Shown piece after piece: positions 49,596-59,174 of a DNA stretch of 64,000 bases. Each line of letters starts with the position of its first letter. Position 1 is the stretch's first letter. This DNA comes from Alphaproteobacteria bacterium. GTDB taxonomy: Bacteria > Pseudomonadota > Alphaproteobacteria > MPNO01 > UBA830. The DNA lies in contig OZ251539.1 of NCBI GenBank assembly GCA_965243135.1, forward strand, positions 2,112,001 through 2,176,000, read 5' to 3'. The notes beneath the pieces are model-generated. The model saw nothing but the letters and a program-made list of their open reading frames with translations, was not told the origin of the DNA and ran no database searches. A program made the translations under genes and the position numbers.

Positions 49596-50254
49596 CCGAA
49601 CCCGCGAACGGTTCTGATTAGGGACGGTCTCTCGTCCCCGATCTTTCTTCGCAGGTGGCATATATGGAGATCGACGCTCCGGTCGAAGGGAGACCACGAA
49701 CGGCCGGCCGCCGCCTTGAGCAGCTGGTCGCGCGAAAGGGTCTTTCCGGGATTGCGGGCGAACAACGCCAGGATTTTCAGTTCGGCGGTCGTCAGTTCCA
49801 CCGGCGCGCCGTCGTCGCGAGTCAACGACATGCGTTCGAGGTCGAACCGCCAACCGTCGAACGAGACGCAGCCGCCGCGGACGGGCGCGTCCGGCGGCGC
49901 GCGCCGCAGAACGCTCCTGACGCGCGCCAGAAGCTCCCGGAGATCGAACGGTTTGGCGACGTAATCGTCGGCGCCCATTTCGAGACCGATCACCCGATCC
50001 AACGCCTCCCCCTTGCCGGTGAGGATAAGGATTCCGACGCCGGACCGCTCGCGCAGGAACCGCGTCAGCGACAGGCCGTCCTCGCCGGGCATGACGAGAT
50101 CGAGGATCACGAGATCGACCGCGCGCTTCGCCACCAGTTTGCGCAGCGCGGCGCCGTCTCCGACGTCGCTGACCTCGAAGCCTTCCTTTTCCAGATAGAC
50201 CCTGAGGCGGCGCCTCAGGACCGCGTCGTCGTCGACAATGGCGATATGGCTCAT
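49577..50254 (-). CDS. OmpR/PhoB family response regulator (FxkR-like)
   Basis: IVDDD, LDLVMP, GADDYVAKPF, DRSVD..LRRKI, IRTVRGFGY. Confidence 0.92.
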   Translation of the reverse strand: MSHIAIVDDDAVLRRRLRVYLEKEGFEVSDVGDGAALRKLVAKRAVDLVILDLVMPGEDGLSLTRFLRERSGVGILILTGKGEALDRVIGLEMGADDYVAKPFDLRELLARVRSVLRRAPPDAPVRGGCVSFDGWRFDLERMSLTRDDGAPVELTTAELKILALFARNPGKTLSRDQLLKAAAGRSWSPFDRSVDLHICHLRRKIGDERPSLIRTVRGFGYVFTP

Positions 50255-50289
50255 CCGCATGCCCGCATTCGGTGACCGGCCGGAGCAAG

Positions 50290-50305
50290 CATACAAAAAT
50301 TTACA
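50290..50305 (+). promoter_or_regulatory. K-box-like tandem direct repeat (putative OmpR-family binding site)
   Basis: CATACA-AAAA-TTTACA between divergent regulator and crp genes; resembles GTTACA-N4-GTTACA. Confidence 0.5.
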
Positions 50306-50398
50306 ATCGGAACGGAAACGCACACGCGAAACATACATTCGGGCCGCCTCTTTATCTTATTTTTCGATTCCTCCTCCCTTCCGTGGGAACCGCCCGAC

Positions 50399-51112
50399 AT
50401 GGCGCTCGCCGTCCCGACCACTCGAAGCGCACCGCCTTCCGCCGTATTTCGGGCGAACGGCTGCCCGCCGGGCGAGCTTCGCCGAATCGCCGCGGGAGCC
50501 GAGCTGACGTACGAAGGGAACCCTTCGGAGAAACTGATCGTCGTGCGCTCGGGATGGATGTTGCGTCAGGACATTCTCGACGACGGCAGGCGGCAAATAC
50601 TAGAGATCTTGCTTCCCGAGGATCTCCTGGCCGAGGCGCCGTCGCGGCGCGCCGCCGGTTCGATCGAGGCGATCACCGAGTCCGAAATCGCGATCGTGCC
50701 GTTCGCGAGTCTCGGCGCCAAGCCCGAATCCGCTCTGATCGAAGCGATGCGGCGTTCGCTCGAAAACGCCTACGACAGCCTCACCGACGCAGGGCGGCGA
50801 TCGTCCCTGGAAGCGATCGCCCACTTCCTGCTCCGCATGGAACTGCGCGCAAGAAACGTTCTCGGCGTCCGCGCCGACGGCGCGGTGGAGTTTCCGTTGA
50901 CCCAGGAGCATATCGGCGACGCCATCGGGATGACCTCCGTCCACGTGTGCCGCATGATGCGCAGCCTCATCCGGGACGGCGTCATCGAGACGGGGCGCAA
51001 CCGTTTGAGAATCTTCGATCGCGCGCGACTCGCGCGCATCGCGTGCCTTTCGCCGGAGAGCGCCGCGAAAGACCGGGCGGCCATGCGGGCCAAGCGGACG
51101 CCGGCCCTCTGA
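50399..51112 (+). CDS. Crp/Fnr family transcriptional regulator
   Basis: cNMP-like domain (DGRRQI..LLPED) and HTH PLTQEHIGDAIGMTSVHVCR. Confidence 0.88.
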   Translation: MALAVPTTRSAPPSAVFRANGCPPGELRRIAAGAELTYEGNPSEKLIVVRSGWMLRQDILDDGRRQILEILLPEDLLAEAPSRRAAGSIEAITESEIAIVPFASLGAKPESALIEAMRRSLENAYDSLTDAGRRSSLEAIAHFLLRMELRARNVLGVRADGAVEFPLTQEHIGDAIGMTSVHVCRMMRSLIRDGVIETGRNRLRIFDRARLARIACLSPESAAKDRAAMRAKRTPAL

Positions 51113-51219
51113 TCGGGCGGCGGCCTCGGCCGCGCGAGAAGGGGCGGGGCCTCCGGGCGGCGTTCTCGTTTCAAGGCGGGCCGCCGCTATAATGCCGCCG
51201 AACCTACCGGAACCGTCGA

Positions 51220-52215
51220 ATGCAGGAGCACGAGACCGTTATCGAAGGTCTGCGCGGTCTCGGCTTGATCGGAGAGAACGAGACGCCTGCGCTCGTCCCG
51301 CTCGACGGCGGCGTCTCTTCGGACATCTGGCGGGCCGAGACGCGCCGCGGAACCGTCTGCGTGAAGCGCGCGCTTCCGCGCCTGCGAACGACGAAGGAAT
51401 GGCGCGTTCCCGTCGAGCGCAACGCCAACGAAGCCGACTGGATACGCGCCGTCGGCGCCATCGCGCCCGACGCCGTGCCGCGTCTCGCGGGAGAAGACCG
51501 CGACCGCGGGCTGTTCGCGATGAACTATCTCGATCCGGCGAAATTTCCCGTCTGGAAGGCGCAACTGCGGGACGGCGAGATTTCCCCGGATATCGCCGCC
51601 ACGGTGGGCGCCGCGCTTGGAACGATCCATGCAGCCACGGCCGGAAACGAGGACCTCGCGAAGCGTTTCGCGACCGACGCCCTGTTCGAGGCGATAAGAA
51701 TCGAACCCTACCTGCTGCGAACCGCGGAGGCGCATCCCGACCTCGCGGACCGGCTGAGGCAACTCGCGAAGGCGACCGCCGAGAACCGCCGCGCGCTGGT
51801 GCACGGCGACGTCAGCCCCAAGAACATCCTGATCGGTCCGGACGGTCCGGTATTCCTCGACGCCGAGTGCGCCTGGTATGGCGACCCGGCCTTCGACGTC
51901 GCCTTCTGCCTCAATCACTTGCTGCTGAAATGCGTCTGGCGGCCGCAATGGACGGCCGACTACGTCGAGGCCTTCGCCGCGCTTGCGACGGCATATTTCG
52001 GGCATCCGAACTGGGAATCTCCCAGCCGGCTGGAAGCCCGGGCCGCCGCGCTGCTTCCCGGCCTCTTGCTGGCGCGCGTGGACGGAGCCTCGCCCGTGGA
52101 ATACATCGAAACGGACGCGGACAGGAACCGCGTGCGCCGCGTCGCGCGCCACGGCCTCCTGCATCCGCCGGAAACCCTGGCCGGGGCGTGCCGCGCCTTC
52201 CGGGAGCTGATATGA
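51220..52215 (+). CDS. APH/methylthioribose-kinase-like phosphotransferase
   Basis: GGVSS, VKRA, LVHGDVSPKNIL, LDAE..YGDPAFD. Confidence 0.85.
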   Translation: MQEHETVIEGLRGLGLIGENETPALVPLDGGVSSDIWRAETRRGTVCVKRALPRLRTTKEWRVPVERNANEADWIRAVGAIAPDAVPRLAGEDRDRGLFAMNYLDPAKFPVWKAQLRDGEISPDIAATVGAALGTIHAATAGNEDLAKRFATDALFEAIRIEPYLLRTAEAHPDLADRLRQLAKATAENRRALVHGDVSPKNILIGPDGPVFLDAECAWYGDPAFDVAFCLNHLLLKCVWRPQWTADYVEAFAALATAYFGHPNWESPSRLEARAAALLPGLLLARVDGASPVEYIETDADRNRVRRVARHGLLHPPETLAGACRAFRELI

Positions 52216-53465
52216 GCGCATCGACCATCGTCGGCGTCCGCGGCCGGCGAATATGGGATTCCCGGGGCCGCCCGACGGTGGAAGCGGAAGTCGCGCTGGC
52301 GGGCGGCGGCGCGGGGCGAGGCGTCGCGCCCGCAGGAGCGTCCCGCGGACGCCGCGAAGCGGTCGATCTGCGGGACGGCGGGACGGCGCTCGGCGGATAC
52401 GGCGTCGACAAGGCGCTGGAGCGCATCAACGGAGAACTGGCGGCGCTTCTGGCGGGCATGGACGCGCAAGATCAGGAAGCCGTGGACCGCGCGATGATCG
52501 AAGCGGACGGAACGAGCGACATGTCCCGTCTCGGCGGCAACGCCACGATCGCGGTGTCGACGGCCGCGCTGGTCGCATCCGCGGCCGGGGAACCCCTCTG
52601 GAAACGCCTGGCGGGGAACCGCCCGGTTCGGCTTCCGATGCCGGAAATCCAGATCTTCGGCGGCGGCGCGCATGCCGGCCGCCGCGTCGACATCCAGGAC
52701 TTCATGGCGATACCGGTGGGAGCCGGCAGTTTCCAGGAAGCGCTCGTCATGATTGCGGAGGTCTACGGGGCCGCCGGCCGACTGATGGAAAACGCCGGCA
52801 AGCGCTTCGGCGTCGCCGACGAAGGCGGCTGGTGGCCGGCCTTCACGTCCAACGAGGAAGCGCTCGACACGCTTGTCCGCGCGATCGAGGCCGCCGGCTT
52901 CGCGCCCGGCGCCGACGTCGCCGTGTCGCTCGACGTCGCGGCCTCCCAGTTCGGCTCGGAGAACGCCTACCGCTTCGAAGGCCGCGAGACGGACAGCGAC
53001 GGGATGATCGAACTGCTCGGAGGCTGGATCGACCGCTACCCCGTCGTTTCCGTCGAAGATCCCCTGGCCGAAGACGACGAGGCCGGGCTTCGCCGCTTCA
53101 CCGAACTCTACGGAAGCGGGATCCAGATCGTCGGCGACGACTTCCTCGTCACCGACGCCGCGCGCATCCGGGCCGCCGCGACGGCCGGCGCGTGCAACGC
53201 GGCATTGATCAAACCGAACCAGACCGGCACGATTACCGGAACGAAGGCGGCTCTCGACGCGGCGACGGGCGCGGGATGGGGGGCGATCGTTTCGGCGCGT
53301 TCCGGCGAGACCGAGGACGTCACCGTCGCCCATCTGGCGGTGGGATGGGATGTCGGCCGGCTCAAGGTCGGATCGTTCGCGCGGTCCGAACGCATGGCGA
53401 AGTGGAACGAAGTGATCAGAATCGGCGACGCCATCGGCGACCGGGCGGAATTGGCCGGCTGGTGA
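52212..53465 (+). CDS. Enolase paralog with non-canonical active site
   Basis: DSRGRPTVE, GAS, DEGG, LDVAAS, VEDP, GDD, IKPNQ, SARSGETED. Confidence 0.88.
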   Translation: MSASTIVGVRGRRIWDSRGRPTVEAEVALAGGGAGRGVAPAGASRGRREAVDLRDGGTALGGYGVDKALERINGELAALLAGMDAQDQEAVDRAMIEADGTSDMSRLGGNATIAVSTAALVASAAGEPLWKRLAGNRPVRLPMPEIQIFGGGAHAGRRVDIQDFMAIPVGAGSFQEALVMIAEVYGAAGRLMENAGKRFGVADEGGWWPAFTSNEEALDTLVRAIEAAGFAPGADVAVSLDVAASQFGSENAYRFEGRETDSDGMIELLGGWIDRYPVVSVEDPLAEDDEAGLRRFTELYGSGIQIVGDDFLVTDAARIRAAATAGACNAALIKPNQTGTITGTKAALDAATGAGWGAIVSARSGETEDVTVAHLAVGWDVGRLKVGSFARSERMAKWNEVIRIGDAIGDRAELAGW

Positions 53466-54406
53466 AAGCGGTCCTGCAATACCGCGCGAGCCCGGGTTTC
53501 CGGAAACGAATCCGCGAGACGGCTCCCGGCTGGCTCGACGTCGCCGTCGTCGACGAGGCGGACAAGAAGGCGTTCGCCCGCGAAATGGCCGACGCCGAGG
53601 CGCTGCTGCACGTCCTCGAAGCGGTAACGGCGGAAGTCGTCGAGGCGTCGCCGAAACTTCGCCTGATCCAGAAAATCGGGGTCGGCGTCAACACGATCGA
53701 CCTCGAAGCCGCCGTCGGGCGAAGCGTCGCCGTCTGCAACATGCCCGGCAGCAACGCGCGGGCGGTCGCCGAGATGACGATCGCCCTCATGCTGGCGGCG
53801 CTGCGCCGCGTCGCCTATTTCGATCCGCTGACGCGCCGCGGCGAGGGTTGGCGGGCGGACCTGGAAGCGTTCGACGGGATCGGCGAAGTGGCGGGCCGCG
53901 CGGTCGGTCTGGTCGGCTACGGCGGAGTCGCCCGCATCGTCGCGCCCGTCCTCGCCGCGATGGACGCGCGGGTGCTCTACACCGCGACCGCGCCCAAATC
54001 TGACGCCGCGGCCGAATGGCGCGAGCTTCCCGAACTGCTTTCGGAAGCCGACATCGTCTCCCTGCATGCGCCGCTGACGGACGAGACCCGGCGCATGATC
54101 GACCGCCGCGCCATCGCGCGCATGAAGCCGGGCGCGATCCTCGTGAATACGGCGCGCGGCGGGCTGGTCGACGAAACGGCTTTGGTCGACGCCCTGCGGT
54201 CGGGGCGCCTGCGGGCGGCCGGCCTGGACGTCGTGACGGTGGAGCCCGCGCCCGCCGGAAATCCGCTGTTCGAGCTTTCCAACGCGGTCGTGATGCCGCA
54301 TATCGCATGGCTGACTCCCGAAACGCTGGACCGCAGCCTCGGCATCGCGTTCGAGAACTGCCGCCGCCTGCGCGACGGGGAAGATCTGCTGAATCGGGTT
54401 GCATAG
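53462..54406 (+). CDS. D-2-hydroxyacid dehydrogenase
   Basis: GVGVNTID, GLVGYGG, NTARGGLVD, GLDV..EP, PHIA; GTGA overlap. Confidence 0.9.
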   Translation: MKAVLQYRASPGFRKRIRETAPGWLDVAVVDEADKKAFAREMADAEALLHVLEAVTAEVVEASPKLRLIQKIGVGVNTIDLEAAVGRSVAVCNMPGSNARAVAEMTIALMLAALRRVAYFDPLTRRGEGWRADLEAFDGIGEVAGRAVGLVGYGGVARIVAPVLAAMDARVLYTATAPKSDAAAEWRELPELLSEADIVSLHAPLTDETRRMIDRRAIARMKPGAILVNTARGGLVDETALVDALRSGRLRAAGLDVVTVEPAPAGNPLFELSNAVVMPHIAWLTPETLDRSLGIAFENCRRLRDGEDLLNRVA

Positions 54407-54429
54407 CCCGCGCGAACGGGAGAATCGGG

Positions 54430-55470
54430 TTGAAAATCGCAAGCTTCGAAATCGCCACGGACGTAGGCCGGGCGCGCCGCCTCGGGATTCTGATCGACGG
54501 AAACGAAAACGGGCGCATCGCCGACATGACGAGCTGCTACGCCGCGTATCTCGCGCGCGAAACCGACGAGCCGACGCCTCGCGAGATCGCGGCCGTGCGT
54601 TGTCCGCCGGACATGGTCGGCTGGCTGAAGGGATCCCACAAATCCCGCGAAGCCGCCGAGCGGGCCGCCGCGTGGATCGCGGAAACCTCCGTTTCCCGCG
54701 GCATCGACGGCGAACGGCTGGTTTTCGCCCGCGAGGACGTGAAGCTTCTGGCTCCGTTGCCGCGGCCGAACGCGTTCAGGGATTTCTCGACCTACGAGAC
54801 GCACATGTCGAAGGCCGACGTGCCGTTCCCCAAGACCGAAAACTGGTACGTCACGCCGCCCTACTACAAGGGCAACTGCGACACCGTGACCGGGCCGGAG
54901 GATCCGGTTCCCTTCCCCTACTACACCGACAGGCTGGACCTGGAGCTCGAGCTCGGCATCGTCGTCGGAAAGCAGGGATCCAATCTGACGTTCGAGGAAG
55001 CCAGGGAGCACATCGCCGGCTACACGATGCTGATCGACCCCAGCTGCAGGGACGGCTACAAGCGGGAGCCCTTCGGCCCTAACAAGCGCAAGGACTTCTG
55101 CACGCCCATCGGCCCCTGCCTCGTGACTCGCGACGAAATCGACGAAAGCGACATCGATTGCCGGATCGAGGTCGACGGCGAGCTTTGGTGGGAAGGCAAC
55201 ACCGGAGAGCCGCGCTCGTTCGCGCCCGAGCATCTCGTGGCCTACGTCTCGGACAACGAGGCCGTGTATCCCGGGGATCTGATCGGCACGGGAACGATCG
55301 GCCTGGGATGCTCGATGGACATCCGCAAATGGCCGCAAGTCGGGCAGAAAATGACCTTCGCCATGGCGGGAATCGGGTCAATGACGCTCGAAATCGTCGA
55401 AGGCGCCAAGCGAGTGCGGCACGTCGGGGGCATGCGGGGACTTCTGGAATATCCCGGCGAGGATAGGTGA
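54430..55470 (+). CDS. Fumarylacetoacetate hydrolase family protein
   Basis: LDLELELG, D.S.RD, KRKDF, GDLIGTGT; TTG start after GGAGA. Confidence 0.85.
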   Translation: MKIASFEIATDVGRARRLGILIDGNENGRIADMTSCYAAYLARETDEPTPREIAAVRCPPDMVGWLKGSHKSREAAERAAAWIAETSVSRGIDGERLVFAREDVKLLAPLPRPNAFRDFSTYETHMSKADVPFPKTENWYVTPPYYKGNCDTVTGPEDPVPFPYYTDRLDLELELGIVVGKQGSNLTFEEAREHIAGYTMLIDPSCRDGYKREPFGPNKRKDFCTPIGPCLVTRDEIDESDIDCRIEVDGELWWEGNTGEPRSFAPEHLVAYVSDNEAVYPGDLIGTGTIGLGCSMDIRKWPQVGQKMTFAMAGIGSMTLEIVEGAKRVRHVGGMRGLLEYPGEDR

Positions 55471-55658
55471 ACGGCCGAACGACCGCGGAAGGCCCGGCCG
55501 TCCCGACGCACCGCCGGTTTCCGAACCTGACGCAGGGTCGTCCGCAAGGCCGCGGCTTTCAACGGAAGAGCTCGGCGTCCGGCGCGAGGAGAGAATCGAC
55601 AGGCTGCATTTTCCGGCGCGCCGACGTTCGCCCGCCGCGGCGCGCAAGCGCTGCAACG

Positions 55659-56120
55659 TCACGCGGCGGCGATCCGCCGCTTGAGCCGATGAACCGCGAC
55701 CGCGGTCAGCAAAACGGAAGCCGCGAAGAACCACATGCCGATCTCCAGACGCGCATCGGCGATGCCGGTGCTCTTGGTCACGACGATGGCCATTGCGGCG
55801 ATCAGCACGTCGGCGCAGGACCAGCGACCGAAGAACTCCAGCAAGGCGATCCACTTCGCGTCGACCCTGCCGCCGATGGCGGACCGCCGGCACAAGAAGG
55901 CCGCCGCGCAAATCTTTCCGAAAGGAAAGACCGCCGAAAACACGGTCACGGCGACGCCCAACAGATATTCGCCCTCCAGAAGCAATTGCCATGCCGCTTC
56001 GGCGATGGAAAAGCGGTTGGCGAAAATCGCAAGGTTGCTGACTTCCACCACCGGAAGGAAAACGCCGAGCCCAAGCGCCGCCGCCGCAAGCGCCAGCGTG
56101 GGCGCGATCAATCGATCCAT
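55659..56120 (-). CDS. Paraquat-inducible protein A (PqiA) domain protein
   Basis: FSAVFPFGK, GRWSCADV motifs, 4 TM helices. Confidence 0.8.
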   Translation of the reverse strand: MDRLIAPTLALAAAALGLGVFLPVVEVSNLAIFANRFSIAEAAWQLLLEGEYLLGVAVTVFSAVFPFGKICAAAFLCRRSAIGGRVDAKWIALLEFFGRWSCADVLIAAMAIVVTKSTGIADARLEIGMWFFAASVLLTAVAVHRLKRRIAAA

Positions 56121-56222
56121 GGGCAGGGCTTCCGAAGCCGCGCATTGCCCCGCCCCGCGCAAGAGCGCTGCGGGCGAACGACAGGTCCCGGAACTTGCTT
56201 CGGCAGAAAGGCCTCCGAAAGC

Positions 56223-56300
56223 TGGGGTGGCTGATGGGATTCGAACCCACGACCTCCTGGACCACAACCAGGCGCTCTAACCAACTGAGCTACAGCCACC
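56223..56300 (-). tRNA. tRNA-His(GTG) with G-1:C73
   Basis: Reverse complement G-GTGGCTGTAGCTCAG...CCTGG-TTGTGGT-CCAGG...GGTTCGAATCCC..CAGCCAC-C-CCA. Confidence 0.97.
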
Positions 56301-56621
56301 GTCTTGCCGACCGGCGAGTTAACTAGTCTCCGCGCCTGCCCGCGTCAAGCGGATCGCGGCGCGAGACCGGCGCGGAGCGTCTCCGGCCGTTTCCCGACGC
56401 GGGCGCGTCCCGGCGCAGGGGCGCGAGCGCATTCTCGGCGGAGGCCCGGTACGTCGAACCCGGCCTCGAGTCGCCCGGGCGGATCGGCATCCGCCAAAAC
56501 GGCGGCCTCGGCGCGGCGAATTCGCAGTTTTCCGCGTCCGACGCGGGGCAAAAACGTCGCCCAGCCGTTCGCGTTTCAAGCGGTTGCGAACGGCGCGCTC
56601 GGGGCCCCTGTCCCTGCGCGC

Positions 56622-57779
56622 CTATCCGAAATGCGCCTCGAGCCGGCGAACCGCCTCGTTGATCGTTTCCGCCTTCTTGCAGAACGAAAATCGGGCGAAA
56701 TACCTGACGTCGTCGGACGTGTAGAAGGCGCTGACCGGCACGGCCGCGACCCCCGCCTCGGCCGTCAGGAACCTGCAGAACTCGGTATCGACGCCGTTGT
56801 ACCCGAGAGGCCGGAAATCCGTGGTGATGAAATACGTTCCCTGGCAGGGGAGCACGTCGAAGCCGACCTTCCGAAGTCCGTCCGCCAGATGGTCCCGGCG
56901 GGCCTGCATGTCGGCCCGAAGCCCCTCGAAATAGGCGTCGGCCTTGCGCAGCCCGTAGGCGACCGCCGCCTGGAGATTGGGAGGCGTCGTGAAGGTGACG
57001 TACTGGTGCGCCTTGGCGATCGGCATGAGCAACGGCGGCGCGGCCGTAATCATTCCGATCTTCCAGCCCGTAAGCGAAAAGATCTTGCCGGCGGACTGGA
57101 TGCGCACGGTCCTCTCGCGCATGCCGGGCAGCGAGATCATGGGAACGTGCCCGGCCTCGTCGAAAACGAGATGCTCGTAGACCTCGTCGCATACCGCGAA
57201 GGCGTCATGCTCGACGCACAATTCCGCAATGAATTCCAGCTCCTCCCGGTTGAACACCTTGGCGCACGGGTTCATGGGCGTGTTGACGAGGACCAGTTTC
57301 GTTCTTTCGGAAAAGGCGTTCCTGAGTTCCGTCCGCGGCAGTTCCCAGTCCGGCGGCTCCAGCCGGACAAGTTTCGCGACGCCGCCGCCGCGACGAACGA
57401 TCGGAAGGTAGCAGTCGTAAAGCGGTTCGATCAGGACGACTTCGTCGCCGGGATCGATCAGCCCCAGCAGCGCCGAAGCGAGCGCCTCGGTCCCGCCGGA
57501 CGTGATCATGGTTTCGGTCGCCCAGTCCGTCTCGAGGCCGTAGAACCTCGCGGCATGCTCGGCCACGGCGCGGCGCAGGTCCGGAATGCCGTACATGGAA
57601 GGATACTGATTGACGCCGTGGCGCAAGTACTCGACGCCCGCCTCGACCACGTCCTCGGGCCCGTTCCCGTCGGGAAATCCCTGCCCCAAATTGACCGCGT
57701 CATGCTCCTGCGCGAGGCGCGACATCACCTCGAAGATCGTGGTGCCGAAACTCGAAAGAACGGCGTTGCCCGCTTTCAT
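56622..57779 (-). CDS. Class I/II PLP aminotransferase (YbdL-like)
   Basis: NLGQGFPD, NTPMNP, DEVYEH, SAGKIFSLTGWKIG. Confidence 0.92.
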   Translation of the reverse strand: MKAGNAVLSSFGTTIFEVMSRLAQEHDAVNLGQGFPDGNGPEDVVEAGVEYLRHGVNQYPSMYGIPDLRRAVAEHAARFYGLETDWATETMITSGGTEALASALLGLIDPGDEVVLIEPLYDCYLPIVRRGGGVAKLVRLEPPDWELPRTELRNAFSERTKLVLVNTPMNPCAKVFNREELEFIAELCVEHDAFAVCDEVYEHLVFDEAGHVPMISLPGMRERTVRIQSAGKIFSLTGWKIGMITAAPPLLMPIAKAHQYVTFTTPPNLQAAVAYGLRKADAYFEGLRADMQARRDHLADGLRKVGFDVLPCQGTYFITTDFRPLGYNGVDTEFCRFLTAEAGVAAVPVSAFYTSDDVRYFARFSFCKKAETINEAVRRLEAHFG

Positions 57780-57900
57780 GCCCGTTTCTTGCCTTTCTCC
57801 TCCGCTCCCGGCAGGGGTTACCACAGCGCCGCCGGGTCGGCCAGTTGACGAGACCGCCGCATACTTTCACACTCGAGCGACGCTGCCGAAGGAAAACCGC

Positions 57901-58089
57901 ATGCCGCGCGTCCTCATCCGTTGCTCCGATTGCGATCGTCCGGTGTATACCGGCCTGACCTTCGAACACTGGTTCATGTTCGATTGGGTCGAAGTGCCGG
58001 GTGCCTCGGCCGACTGCCCGGCTTGCGGCGCGAGCAACGACTGGTCCAAGAACGACGCCTATCTGGAAGCCGACGGAGGCGGCGACTGA
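57901..58089 (+). CDS. Small zinc-ribbon-like hypothetical protein (62 aa)
   Basis: CSDC...CPAC, GAAGGA RBS upstream of ATG. Confidence 0.7.
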   Translation: MPRVLIRCSDCDRPVYTGLTFEHWFMFDWVEVPGASADCPACGASNDWSKNDAYLEADGGGD

Positions 58090-58093
58090 ACCG

Positions 58094-58525
58094 TCACGCT
58101 TGGGAGATATAGTCCCTCAGCGCTTCCGCCTCTCGCATGATCTCGTCGAGCCGACTCTTCACCACGTCGCCGATGCTGACCATGCCCGTTAGCCTTCCGT
58201 TCTCGACCACGGGAACGTGCCGGATGCGCCGCTCCGTCATGTAGCCCAGAACGCCGCGGCCGGTGTCCTCCGGGGCGCAGGTGACGACCTTGACCGTCAT
58301 CAGGTCCGCGACCTTGCGATCCAGAAGGCCCATGCCGTCCTCCGCAAGGCCGTGCACGATGTCCCGTTCCGAAACGATCCCGTCTATGGCGGCGCCGTCC
58401 CTGGAAACCACCAGCGCGCCGATTCGAAGATCCCGCAGGCGGGCGACCGCGTCCCTGATCGTGGCGTCGGGGGCGATCGTGTGGACTATCGGCCCCTTGC
58501 TCTGAATTATCGTCGATACCCGCAT
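58094..58525 (-). CDS. CBS domain protein
   Basis: IGALVV, GIVSERD, RIRHVPV, GMVSIGDVVK. Confidence 0.92.
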   Translation of the reverse strand: MRVSTIIQSKGPIVHTIAPDATIRDAVARLRDLRIGALVVSRDGAAIDGIVSERDIVHGLAEDGMGLLDRKVADLMTVKVVTCAPEDTGRGVLGYMTERRIRHVPVVENGRLTGMVSIGDVVKSRLDEIMREAEALRDYISQA

Positions 58526-58696
58526 GGCGAACTCCCGTGAATGGCCCGTTCGCGGCGGCGTTCCGGCCGGAGGGAAGGCCGCCTGCCCGTTTCGCGCGCA
58601 TTGTGGCGAAAATTCGGTCGTTCGGGCAAGCGCCCGCGCCCGCGGGGCCGGGACTGCGGGCGCGGTTTGCCGCGCATTTACAAACGCTCCGAATCA

Positions 58697-58712
58697 TGGC
58701 ACAAATCGCGCT
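58697..58712 (+). promoter_or_regulatory. sigma54 (-24/-12) promoter of glnB-glnA
   Basis: TGGCAC-AAATC-GCGCT with exact GG-N10-GC spacing, about 50 bp upstream of glnB. Confidence 0.7.
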
Positions 58713-58727
58713 TCCCAATCAGGTTGA

Positions 58728-59099
<372 letters not shown>

Positions 59100-59174
59100 C
59101 GGGGCGTCCGCGACCAGGTTCGCCCCCGTCGGCCGGGACTCCGTTAACGCAACGTCGCAGAAAGGAAGACAGAA

